This document shows positions 25,004-37,584 of a stretch of DNA of 64,000 nt, one piece after another. Under the pieces are notes generated by a model. It was not told the origin of the DNA and searched no databases. It was given only the letters and a program-made list of their open reading frames with translations. A program made the position numbers and the translations under genes. Positions within the stretch are counted from its first letter, which is position 1. Every line of letters starts with the position of its first letter. This DNA is from Eledone cirrhosa (taxonomy: Eukaryota): contig OZ024743.1 of NCBI GenBank assembly GCA_964016885.1, positions 204,600,001 to 204,664,000 of the forward strand, read 5' to 3'.

Positions 25004-27062
25004 CTATTGGGGTGATAACCCGTTTAGTTTTGGTTTAAATTTGTTAAGGAATAGATTTTCTTTGTTTATTCTTTGTTGCTGTGTGAACGAATCTGAGCAC
25101 TTGTAGAAGGGGAAGATTTTAAAGTTGGGTAGTATCATTCCTGCGCAGTTCGCAATATGGCTGCTCAAGGGGATTTTTCTTGTGTTAGCGTCCCGGATTT
25201 GTTGGCGGTGGATGGTCATTCTTTTGCGTAATGAGGTGCCCGTCTGTCCTATGTAGTTGTGTTTGCACCCACCGCAAGTTATTGCGTAAATCAAGTTCTC
25301 CGAGTTGCAGGTGAAATTGTTTTTTACTGTAAATGTTTGGCCATCTTTGAATGTAAATGTTTGTCCTTCAGTGAGGTAGAGGCACGTTCCACAGTTTGTT
25401 CTACCACATTTGGTAACTGTAGGGTTGAGGATTGGTTTGGGTATATTTGGTCCAGTGAGAATGCGTTTAAGTGATTTGGGTTGTCTTTTACTTTTAAGGA
25501 TCTTGTGTGTTTCAAGAATAGACTTCATTTTTACATCTTTAAGTAGGATGGGGAGGTTTTTGTGTAGGTGATCAAACATTTCGGTATTTCTGGGGTTGAA
25601 AGTGGATACATATGGCAGGGTGTTGAGTGTGGTTTTCTGTTTTGGATTGTTAAGTTGATGGGGATTTAGGTGTTTTGCCCTGTCTATTCCATTGTTGATT
25701 ATTTCAAGTGGAAAGGCTCTTAAGATAAGGGTGTCTTTTAGTTCCTTTAGTCTTTGCTCCCGTTTAGGTGGATCTGATACTATGGTACATATACGTTTGG
25801 CCAAATTGTAAGGAATGTTAAGTTTTGTATGTTTTGGGTGACTTGATGTGAAAAAGAGGTATTGCTTGGAATCTGTGGGTTTATAGAATATATCTGTATC
25901 TAATTTCCCGTCTATTACAGAGATGAGAATATCCAAGAAGGCTAATTCCTTAGGATTGGATTCCATTGTGAATTGTATGTTATTATCTATGTTGTTTATC
26001 ATGTTTTTAAACGTAGTAAGTGAGTTCATGTCTTCTTGCCATAGGATAAAGCAGTCGTCTAGATATCTTTTCCAATTGGCTTTGAGGTGTGTGTGGAAAG
26101 AGTCTCCAAATAAGAGAAGGGACTGACTGTATATTTGTTGTTCATGGAATCCCATGACTAGGTTGGCATATGTGGGTGCTACTTTCGTGCCCATTGCCGT
26201 ACCTGATACTTGTCTGTATGTTGAACCATTGAATGTGAAGTAGTTATTTTGTAGGATAAAGCGGAGTCCGTCAGTGATAAAATCTGTGTTGATGCGTGTC
26301 GGTATTTCTGATGGGTGTGTGTTAAGCCAGTATTGGACTGCTGTTATTCCATAGTTGTGAGGTATGTTTGTGTAGAGGTTTATTACGTCAAAGGAGACAA
26401 GAATTGTATTTGCACTTACTGTTTTAGGGAGGTGTTTCAGCATGTCAAGGTCATCTCGTATGTAGCTCTGTATATGTTGTAGAAAGGGTTTCAGTAGGAT
26501 GTCCAGAAAGTTGCTAAGTCTGTGGGTTTCACATGTAGGGCCTGCTATAATTGGCCTGAGTTTTAGGTCTTCTGGTGGTGTTAGTTCAATGTAATTGTTG
26601 GTTGAGGTGTCACATGCATCGTTTATGGGTTTACATTTGTGAAGTTTCGGTAACCCGTAAAAAGAGCTTGTATTGCATTTGAAGTGGCTTATATAGTTAA
26701 ACTCTTTTGTGGTTAAGCTGTTGCGGTATTTATTCAGTAAGGTCAAAAGGTTCCCCATTGTTTTGGTGTGTTTGTAGTTTTCTGTTTTTTCATAGTATGT
26801 GTTGTTTTCTAAAATGTTAAGTGCGAGGGTCCTATAGTAGTCCGTATTCATAATGACAACAGTACTGCCTTTATCGGCTTCTTTGATAGTTATCTCAGGG
26901 TTGTTTCTAAGTGTGAATAATTCTTCCCATTCGTGTGTAGATAGGTTTGATTTCGTGTGTTTATTTGTAATTTTTTCATAGGGAAAGTTGGTGATGTGTT
27001 CGCAGTACGTGTCCAGTGCTTTATTTCTTCCCTTTTGTGGGCAGAAATTGCTTTTATAAAAG
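25004..27062 (-). CDS. PLE-A reverse transcriptase + C-terminal GIY-YIG endonuclease (5'-truncated, open)
   Basis: IKEADKG, FYGLPKLHK, RPIIAG, SFDVINLYTNIP, GTAMGTKVAPTYANL, RYLDD, FLD; Cys linker CGRTNCGTC; NLIYAITCGGCKHNYIGQT...R...H. Confidence 0.93.
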
Positions 27063-27068
27063 CAATTT

Positions 27069-29127
27069 CTTTTATAAAAGCAATTTCTGCCCACAAAAGG
27101 GAAGAAATAAAGCACTGGACACGTACTGCGAACACATCACCAACTTTCCCTATGAAAAAATTACAAATAAACACACGAAATCAAACCTATCTACACACGA
27201 ATGGGAAGAATTATTCACACTTAGAAACAACCCTGAGATAACTATCAAAGAAGCCGATAAAGGCAGTACTGTTGTCATTATGAATACGGACTACTATAGG
27301 ACCCTCGCACTTAACATTTTAGAAAACAACACATACTATGAAAAAACAGAAAACTACAAACACACCAAAACAATGGGGAACCTTTTGACCTTACTGAATA
27401 AATACCGCAACAGCTTAACCACAAAAGAGTTTAACTATATAAGCCACTTCAAATGCAATACAAGCTCTTTTTACGGGTTACCGAAACTTCACAAATGTAA
27501 ACCCATAAACGATGCATGTGACACCTCAACCAACAATTACATTGAACTAACACCACCAGAAGACCTAAAACTCAGGCCAATTATAGCAGGCCCTACATGT
27601 GAAACCCACAGACTTAGCAACTTTCTGGACATCCTACTGAAACCCTTTCTACAACATATACAGAGCTACATACGAGATGACCTTGACATGCTGAAACACC
27701 TCCCTAAAACAGTAAGTGCAAATACAATTCTTGTCTCCTTTGACGTAATAAACCTCTACACAAACATACCTCACAACTATGGAATAACAGCAGTCCAATA
27801 CTGGCTTAACACACACCCATCAGAAATACCGACACGCATCAACACAGATTTTATCACTGACGGACTCCGCTTTATCCTACAAAATAACTACTTCACATTC
27901 AATGGTTCAACATACAGACAAGTATCAGGTACGGCAATGGGCACGAAAGTAGCACCCACATATGCCAACCTAGTCATGGGATTCCATGAACAACAAATAT
28001 ACAGTCAGTCCCTTCTCTTATTTGGAGACTCTTTCCACACACACCTCAAAGCCAATTGGAAAAGATATCTAGACGACTGCTTTATCCTATGGCAAGAAGA
28101 CATGAACTCACTTACTACGTTTAAAAACATGATAAACAACATAGATAATAACATACAATTCACAATGGAATCCAATCCTAAGGAATTAGCCTTCTTGGAT
28201 ATTCTCATCTCTGTAATAGACGGGAAATTAGATACAGATATATTCTATAAACCCACAGATTCCAAGCAATACCTCTTTTTCACATCAAGTCACCCAAAAC
28301 ATACAAAACTTAACATTCCTTACAATTTGGCCAAACGTATATGTACCATAGTATCAGATCCACCTAAACGGGAGCAAAGACTAAAGGAACTAAAAGACAC
28401 CCTTATCTTAAGAGCCTTTCCACTTGAAATAATCAACAATGGAATAGACAGGGCAAAACACCTAAATCCCCATCAACTTAACAATCCAAAACAGAAAACC
28501 ACACTCAACACCCTGCCATATGTATCCACTTTCAACCCCAGAAATACCGAAATGTTTGATCACCTACACAAAAACCTCCCCATCCTACTTAAAGATGTAA
28601 AAATGAAGTCTATTCTTGAAACACACAAGATCCTTAAAAGTAAAAGACAACCCAAATCACTTAAACGCATTCTCACTGGACCAAATATACCCAAACCAAT
28701 CCTCAACCCTACAGTTACCAAATGTGGTAGAACAAACCGTGGAACGTGCCTCTACCTCACTGAAGGACAAACATTTACATTCAAAGATGGCCAAACATTT
28801 ACAGTAAAAAACAATTTCACCTGCAACTCGGAGAACTTGATTTACGCAATAACTTGCGGTGGGTGCAAACACAACTACATAGGACAGACGGGCACCTCAT
28901 TACGCAAAAGAATGACCATCCACCGCCAACAAATCCGGGACGCTAACACAAGAAAAATCCCCTTGAGCAGCCATATTGCGAACTGCGCAGGAATGATACT
29001 ACCCAACTTTAAAATCTTCCCCTTCTACAAGTGCTCAGATTCGTTCACACAGCAACAAAGAATAAACAAAGAAAATCTATTCTTTAACAAATTTAAACCA
29101 AAACTAAACGGGTTATCACCCCAATAG
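27069..29127 (+). CDS. PLE-A RT + GIY-YIG endonuclease, right arm
   Basis: Same as the left arm except C>R in the Cys linker (TNRGTC) and L>F near the C-terminus. Confidence 0.93.
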
Positions 29128-29661
29128 AATTGTCATAAAATATAAACACACATACGCACGGAATCACTACTATTAAAGACCAGAGACCAATTCTGTAGAA
29201 TCAGGTTTATTCATTGACAGACCATGCCTTTGTGTGACCAACACATCCATGTTAAACCCTGCACGTGCACACACATATATCTATATATATATGCGCACAC
29301 AGAATTCACCACTGTCGGTTGCGGGGCCCAATCTACATGAAGAACTCAATGTGATCAGAATGACTTGTATTTTAATTTCACTGCCCCAACTTCTTATATT
29401 ATGGAAAAAATATATGTGTCTGTATGTATATATATATATATATATTTGAAGGCCATTTCTCTGTGTGTGGGTGTATGTATGTGTATATGTGTGTGTGTGT
29501 GTATGTGTGTGCATGTGGATGTATGTATTGTGTGTGCGTGTGTGTGTGTGTGTGTGTATATATGTGTGTGTATGTGTGTGTATATATATGTGTGTGTGTG
29601 TGTGTATGTTTTTATGTGTGTATGTATATATATATGTGTGTGTGTGTGTATGTATGTGTGG

Positions 29662-29749
<88 letters not shown>

Positions 29750-29788
29750 ATGTATGTGTGTATCTGGATGTATGTGTATGTATATATA

Positions 29789-29845
<57 letters not shown>

Positions 29846-30305
29846 ATGTGTATATATATATGTGTGTGTGTGTATGTGTGTATGTATATGTATGTGTGTG
29901 TGTATGTATGTGTGTATATGTATATATATATATATATATATATGTATATGTATATGTATGTATGTGTGGATGAAGGTATGTGTGTATATATAGGTGTAAG
30001 TGCACTAAATCCCTTTCTATCACGCTCCACTCTCCTACCCATCACAGGAAGATATGTGTATGTATATTGCTTCCACCCCCTCACTGACCAGCAGCTGGCC
30101 AGTTGGTGATTGCTAAATCTGACCTTTATAAAATAACCCACACCCCAAATAACTTCTCATTCACTACCAGAAAGGGACACAGCAGTCAACCTGTTGTTGC
30201 TACCAAGATGAAAACTGCTATGAAATCCCACAATGAATTTTATACTTGAATTTTCAAGTCTCAAATTTTAACTCTTCGTATTATTAATTTTTCTTAATAT
30301 TAATC

Positions 30306-30353
30306 AACATTTGAAAAGATGGCTTTTGCAGACCCATCGAAACCGGTCATTTT
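30306..30353 (+). ncRNA. PLE-A hammerhead-like motif (U3-A8 core variant), right arm
   Basis: aacat-TTGAAAA-gatgg(cttttgcagac)ccatc-GAAA-ccgg-TC-atttt; palindromic ccgg loop on a 1-bp stem III; weak stem I. Confidence 0.5.
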
Positions 30354-30450
30354 TTATACCCTTTATTATTTCCTTACCTTATAAAATTATGTTTTTTCAC
30401 AAAAAAGTATTCTGTCTCTTATATATTCCATGTGCCATTACCAACCTCAA

Positions 30451-30992
<542 letters not shown>

Positions 30993-31012
30993 TATATATA
31001 TATATATTATAC

Positions 31013-31228
31013 ATGATGTCTTTATGTCTAGGTTTTTTCTTGCTAGATATAAGGCGGTGATCTGGAGAGTAAGTGATTCTCTCAGAGAAGCCGCTGTTGC
31101 TTAGGGCTGCCCTATTAAAAATGTCTTTGCTAGAAGAGAGGTTGGATATCCTCTTGCTGATGTAGTGGGGACAGGGTGACTAGAGTCCTTATGAATGAAC
31201 TTAAGATTTTCACTGGGTTTACCGAATA
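31013..31228 (-). pseudogene. old PLE RT-thumb fragment (KPSENLKFIHKDSSHP...ISKRISNLSSSKDIF...[12 protein letters not shown])
   Basis: Colinear with HKNNENLNYVNFKSNHP...IGKRISNISSNKNIF...ALSKAGY of PLE-B; 31013-31109 is an inverted copy of 23401-23496; copy 53600-53815. Confidence 0.75.
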
Positions 31229-31569
31229 GTCTGTTTGTGCATGGACTTAGATCTAAATTAATGTCTAGGAAGTTAAAGTTTGGTAGAAGACACGTTTAGT
31301 AGATTAAATTGACTTCAATGTGTTGCTAATACTTAAATTAATGACATCTAAATGATGTTTCGAAATACGTTGTCTGCAGTGGGGAATACTTGAAGCTTTA
31401 TATTTTCTACCTGTACTTTTTCTCACGGCAAATATTACAAATTGTATAATTTGGTTGATCATTTGTCTCTCTGGTGTTTTTCTTAATGCTAACACAGATC
31501 ATGCATACATGAAACTAGAAATCAAATCAAGTCACATGCATTTCAGTCTAACTTTAAATCTGTTTCTAG

Positions 31570-31712
31570 TACGGATGGAATTCAAAAGAAAACATTGACT
31601 ACTTGCATAAAAGATTTTACTGCGTGCAATGAAATTAAGGAATTCATGGAATTATACGGAATCAATCTCAATTTAATGGTTGCCACAGAGAAATTGTGTA
31701 AAAATAGGGATG
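31570..31712 (+). CDS. host gene exon 3, unit 2
   Basis: Splice sites intact; one change vs unit 1 (N>D). Confidence 0.65.
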
Positions 31713-34164
31713 GTAAGACCTTACTTTTCTTGTTTATGCTCTTGTTATTGTTGTTTTAATCAGCACATATCTACCATAGATAGTGTGACAGATGTTTTTT
31801 TCAAACCATCGCTGACCAAACACTTCACTTTCAAATGTACATTGAAGCTATTTGTATGTAAGTATGGTATGGCAGCAAATTATCACTGTTGTGAGTAGTC
31901 TTAACATTGTAGAACATGCTGAATAACTGTGTGCTTTGCTATTTCGTGGTTAACTGAACTTACTGGTATGAATAGAGGAAATGCACATAGACTCCACCAG
32001 TCTCTACGTGGCCTAGATTCATTATGGATGTGAGATAGGGGAGAGAAATCTTCAGTGGAGCTTCTATAAATAAGCCAGATTGTTTTGGTAAATAAATAAT
32101 AATAATATCTAGACCACCTATGACCCGTTGGACCACGTTCTCTTCAAAATATTTAAAAAAATCATGTTCACTTAAAATTAATTTTTGAATAATTAAAATG
32201 TACACAGACATGTATATAATGTGAAATGAAACTGGAAGGCCCATATATATACGTGTGTGTATGTATATATATAAATGTGTGTGTATACACATTGGCCTTG
32301 TGCCTAAATGAGAAACCATTATTATTATTGTTGTTGTTGTTATATCATTGTATGTTATCATTATTTCAATATATCATATCCTTATATCATTAAATTTATT
32401 ATAGTGCTCTGACAATTTTTTCTCACTCTCAGTAATGTCTTTTTGTCTACTCTGGTATAATTCTGTTGCTAGTTTCCTTATTTAATTTACAAGTTCTCCA
32501 CCAGACGTTTCTGTCTTGTTAATCAGTTGATTAGTTTATCATTAGTTCATCTCATTGATTTCCTGATACCGCCATTGCTTTGTTGGTATATCTCATTACT
32601 GTTCTTCATGTTTGTATTGTTTGTAGTCCATCTTGAATTAGTATATATATCATTTCTCCAAAACTTAGAATTAAAATATTTACTTACATCTTTCTTCATT
32701 CTGAGCTCATATTTACCATATATACTCAAATATAAATTGAGGAATATGTATAAAAAAAAATCTGTGGTAAAATGGGAGGTTGGCTTATATACGCTATCTA
32801 AACAATGTGTTGATTAGCTGCCTCAGTTTATAAGTAGGGTTTGGATTTTCACCTATTTCTCAGACATAAAATAAGGGGTCAGCATATATTTGAATTGGCT
32901 TATATTCGAGTATATACAGTAATTGCCTCCACACCCATCCACTCCTGAGTATTACTAGAATAAATACCTGTAATATCGACAGTCGATCAACAAGATCGCA
33001 AACCTTGTCAAATCGGACTGAGAAAACAATGTTTCTATTGGTCTTTCCAATTGCTAATACTATTTACTGGTCACAAATCCAGGCAGAAGGAGCAGCATGA
33101 AATAAAGTATCTTGCTTAAATGTGCCTTCACCTGTAATATCCCAGAGTAAAATTAGTTGATTATACTCTTTCTCTAGTCAGAACGAATCAATATTTCCCA
33201 TCTTAGATACAGTGTTTAATTGAGGCATGACTTTTTATATTTCTGTGCTGCAAATCATAATAGGTGTATATTTGGCTTTTAGTCCTCCTGAGTCAATAAA
33301 ATATATTTACCAGTAAAATATTGAGCTCTATCTAATCACTTCTCTAATAGTGTGAAAAAATCAATGTTTTCTATGATACTTTATAGTTAAATATAAGTAC
33401 AACTTTTTATATATGCTGCTATCTTTCTACAGGTGTTTGTATGTTTCTACAGATATTGTTATGCTTCAACAGATGTGGCTCTTTCTACTTTCTATATATG
33501 TTGATCATGATGCATTTTTACAGCTGTTCCTACCTTTCTCCTGGTGTAGGACAACAGTTGTATAAAAATGTGCAGGGCGATCAAAATTGATGGAAGTTAC
33601 GGAGTGCTTAGACCAAGAAAAACTTGGGACGAGTTGATAAAAACTGACCTTGCTCACTTACACCTCTCTAAGACAATATCACTGGATCGAGATCTTTGGC
33701 GCTATGCAGTTATACAGAAAACACCCCTTCCCTTGCATACAAACTTAAACCTACAGTCAGTAGGCACCTCTTAACCCAATATACACCCCAGGCCACATCC
33801 CCTACTCCATCCTCCTATTTCCATCCACTGTAAAGCGGTCGTGTAGGTGACACAACAAGAAGCACCCAGTCCACACTGTAAAGTGGTCATGTAGGAGACA
33901 CGGTAAAAAGGATGCCAGTCCATACTGTAAATGTGGTTGGTGTTAGGAAGGGCATCCAGCCATAGTAAACCTGCCAGCGACAGTTCTGTACCAGCGAGAC
34001 ACGGTCTCCTGACCAATCTCGCCTCAAGTGGGACAAAACCGTCCAACCCATAGCATGGAAGAAGGATGTTAAATGATGATGATGATGATAATGTATGTGT
34101 GTGTGCGTGTATATATATATATATATATATGTGGGTGTCTGTGATCTATGTACACTGGTCATAG

Positions 34165-34223
<59 letters not shown>

Positions 34224-34224
<1 letters not shown>

Positions 34225-37200
34225 TATAAGATCAAAAGATGGTTAAAGGAGTTCCATGTATTTTATTATGCGCATATCAAAAACAAACATCATCATGCAA
34301 TAATATTTGTGTTTTCATCAGATAAAACAGGAGAACATGATATGAAGGCTAAAAAACACTTGTGGATAGTGCAGTTTTAAATCAACATATGAAAAGTGGT
34401 TTTAGATTGATGTGTGATATTGGGAAAAATATTTTATTTAGAGAGGGGGGGGTGGAAAGGATGAAAAAGGGGAGGAGATGAGAGGGAGAGGTGGGTGATA
34501 GAGAGAAAGAGATAGTTTTTATAACTGAGAGGAGATATATTGTTTTACATAGAGAGGTTGAAAACCTTTGGAAGATAATGTATAAATTAAAAAAATTTGA
34601 AAATTAACGAAGGGAGGATATGTGCGAGGAAATAATATTTTATTTAGGGAGGGGGGGGGGGAAGGATGAAAAAAGGGGGAGGAGATGAGAGTGAAGGTGG
34701 AGAGGGAGAGATGGGTGATAGAGAGAAAGAGATAGTTTTTATAACTGAGAAAAAGATATATAGTTTTACATAGAGAGGTTGAGAACCGTTGGAAGATAAT
34801 GTATAAATTAAAGGAATTTGAAAATTAACGAAGGGAATTTATGTATGAAGATAGAGAGAAAAAATAATAATTGTGGATGAATATTCTAACGTCAAAAAAA
34901 GTGTATGTTGATAAGTATTGTGGCAATTTCAAAATTAACGAAGAGAAAAATTATTAAGGTTTGTGTGTAGAAGGATTTGAGAAAAATAATGTGGAGTTAA
35001 AGTTTGTATATTGAAGGAATTGATAATATATGCGAATAAAGAGTTAATATGTATTAAGAATGAGTTCGTTGATGGGGAGAAAAAAATAATAAATTAAGGA
35101 TGAAATTGAGATTAAAAAGATTTATGATAGAGAGAAAAAATAATAATAATTGCGGATGAATATTCTAACGTCAAAAAAACAAATGTATATGTTATGAAGG
35201 ATTTTACAAGGTGAAGATAGAATGAGGGTAATGAGTAAACAAGTATTATAGAGTGTATAATGCCCTTTAAAGTAAGGTAGGAAGATGGGTATATTTTAAA
35301 GAGGTGTATGTATATGTGCCTTTGAGAAAAGATTCTAAATTGATAAAGAATTGAATATTAACTGTATACTTTGTGAAAAGTCCTATGGAATTTATGCAGG
35401 CAGATAGAAAACAAATCTGTACGTCTATTTATTATAGAATCTAGGTTAGAGATAATGGTAAATTTTTCATTTAGGCAGAGATTACAGATTTTAGATAGAG
35501 AGCTGTTCAAGTATGAGGATGCAGAAGAAACCTTCTTCCAAAAGATGGTATATTTAATGTTTTTGTCTTTTAAGGACCATATGAGTTCTGAGAGAGCAGT
35601 GTTGGTTCTTTTAAGTTTGTATTTGAAAGATGAATGATGATTATAGAGACGAGCTTTAAAAGAGGTGCAAGTGGAGCCAAAATAGGTGAAGGAATTGGTG
35701 CTAGTTATAATTTTACATTCATAAATTAAGTTTTTATCGAGACAATGGTTGTTGAGAGGACATTTATTTTTAATGCGGCAGTTGCAATTAGAGAGATTAT
35801 TAATGAGTGACCTAGTGTTATCTATAGAAGGAATTGGATTGTAGAAGTTGTTTGCGATAGGAATAATAGGAATAATAGTTTCTTGATTTAGAGTTGGATT
35901 ATGAACATTTAGCGAAGTTGTGTTTGACGTTGTATTTGGGTTTACAGAAGTTAGCCTAGGGTTTACAATGACGTTGGGAGTACTATTACTGTTATTATAA
36001 AATTGGAAGGAAGAGATTTAGTATTTAGTATTTTATTGTTGTGTTTAGAGATGATGTTGGAAATATTGGAGGATGTAGAATAAGAAAATTTGATGGTGTG
36101 TTTGTTAAATATTTTACTATAGATATGTGAGGGAGGGAAGCATTTATTTAAGGCACTAAAAAATAATTTAGGAATATTGTTATTAATAGAGATGGAGAAA
36201 GGAGCATTATACCAGATTATGTTTTTGTATCTAGGTCTTTTATTAAAATTATTGGAATGATCATGATTAATTATTCTACTGTAAGTTTTTCTAGAATTTG
36301 TTTCTTTACTATATTTGATTTTATCTGGATAGCCGGCTTTAGAAAGTGCGTTATTATAGTAATTGGCGTTAGCATCAAAGATGTTTTTGTTAGAGGATAT
36401 GTTAGATATTCTTTTTCCAATATTACTAACTATAGCATTCTTGATATTGGTAGGATGGTTAGATTTAAAGTTAACATAATTTAGGTTCTCATTGTTTTTA
36501 TGGTAAGGGTAATATAGGCCAGTGTCAAGATTAAGAGATACATCCAAGAAATTAGCTAGTTTGATACTATTATCAAATTCAATTTTTAGGTTATGTTGGT
36601 TAAAGAGATTACGTATATTGTTCTTAATAATATTAAGGTTAACTATATTGCAATTTAGGATAGTAAAGAGTCCATCGTCACGATAAATTCCACCGCGAAG
36701 TTGAGGAATTTTCCGACTCAAAGAGTTCAAAATGAAGATACCAATTAAATCAGTCAATTGGGATGAATCGGATGCTCCCATTGTGATGTCGAAGTTGTTA
36801 GAGGTATCGGCTCTGGTCCAATATTCGTTGTTGAGCTCTAGGATGGTTTTACGTGCGGTGAGGATGATGTGAAGTTCATCTGTGGTGATGTCAGAATATT
36901 TAAGTGCGAAAGATAGAGCATTATTGAGAAGTGAAGGCGAAATGGAGGAATAGTAGCTGGCAATATCAAATTGAATAAATTTTAGTTTGTTTTTATTATC
37001 CAATTTGTTGAACCAGCCAATCACCTCAGAAGTACCAAACCATAAATTTAGGTTCAAAGAAGAGCAATTAGAACTAACCTGTGGGATAATTCTATCCAAG
37101 ATGGCTTTACTAACAACCCCCAGATCAGATTTAGAGGGGGCGATTAATCTAACAGGTAGTTCAGTGCGAAAATTGTTTTTGTGATCCTTGAGATTTATCC

Positions 37201-37584
37201 TCGGAGTTCTTGGGAGGAATGGTTCGGTCTTTTTTTCAATGCCAAGTTTTGACATAATCTCAGAGGCTTCAAGGTTTATGTATTCTAAATTTTCATGGTT
37301 GGTTTTACGATACTTTTTCCTAAGTTCCTTTAGGATAAGGTTGTTATAATTATCCTTGGAAATACCATATAAGTTATTGGTTTTGTCAGAGTGGACTAAA
37401 ACATTTTTTGAGGAATTTAGGTTAGAGATTGTGTTCTTGAGATTTATAAGGTGCTCTTGTCCTTTGTAAGGGTATCTCTTGAATTTAAGATTTTTTATTA
37501 TTTTAGTTAATTCTTCCTCGAATTGTACTAGGCGCATAATAAAATACATGGAACTCCTTTAACCATCTTTTGATCTTATATTAT
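34224..37584 (-). mobile_element. PLE-B copy 2
   Basis: Same TIRs and layout as 11492-14860. Confidence 0.9.
35358..37549 (-). pseudogene. PLE-B RT + endonuclease, frameshifted (same 7-bp deletion, ~36004)
   Basis: 528-aa ORF ending ...PSNFIITVIVLPTSL as in copy 1. Confidence 0.92.

Noticed and set aside
27016-27115. Overlapping N-termini (MLYFFPFVGRNC) of the 703-aa ORFs as real starts or a bidirectional gene pair
   Set aside because: The start is a GTG in the antisense of the opposite arm; the element is 5'-truncated at the hairpin centre
25259-28872. Short antisense or alternative-frame ORFs (63-94 aa) within PLE-A, and similar ones in PLE-B
   Set aside because: Shadow ORFs of the RT frame with no recognisable motifs
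25004-29127. Telomerase or bacterial retron/group II intron RT
   Set aside because: C-terminal GIY-YIG domain, DKG and YGLPKxHK motifs and the eukaryotic repeat context indicate a Penelope-like element
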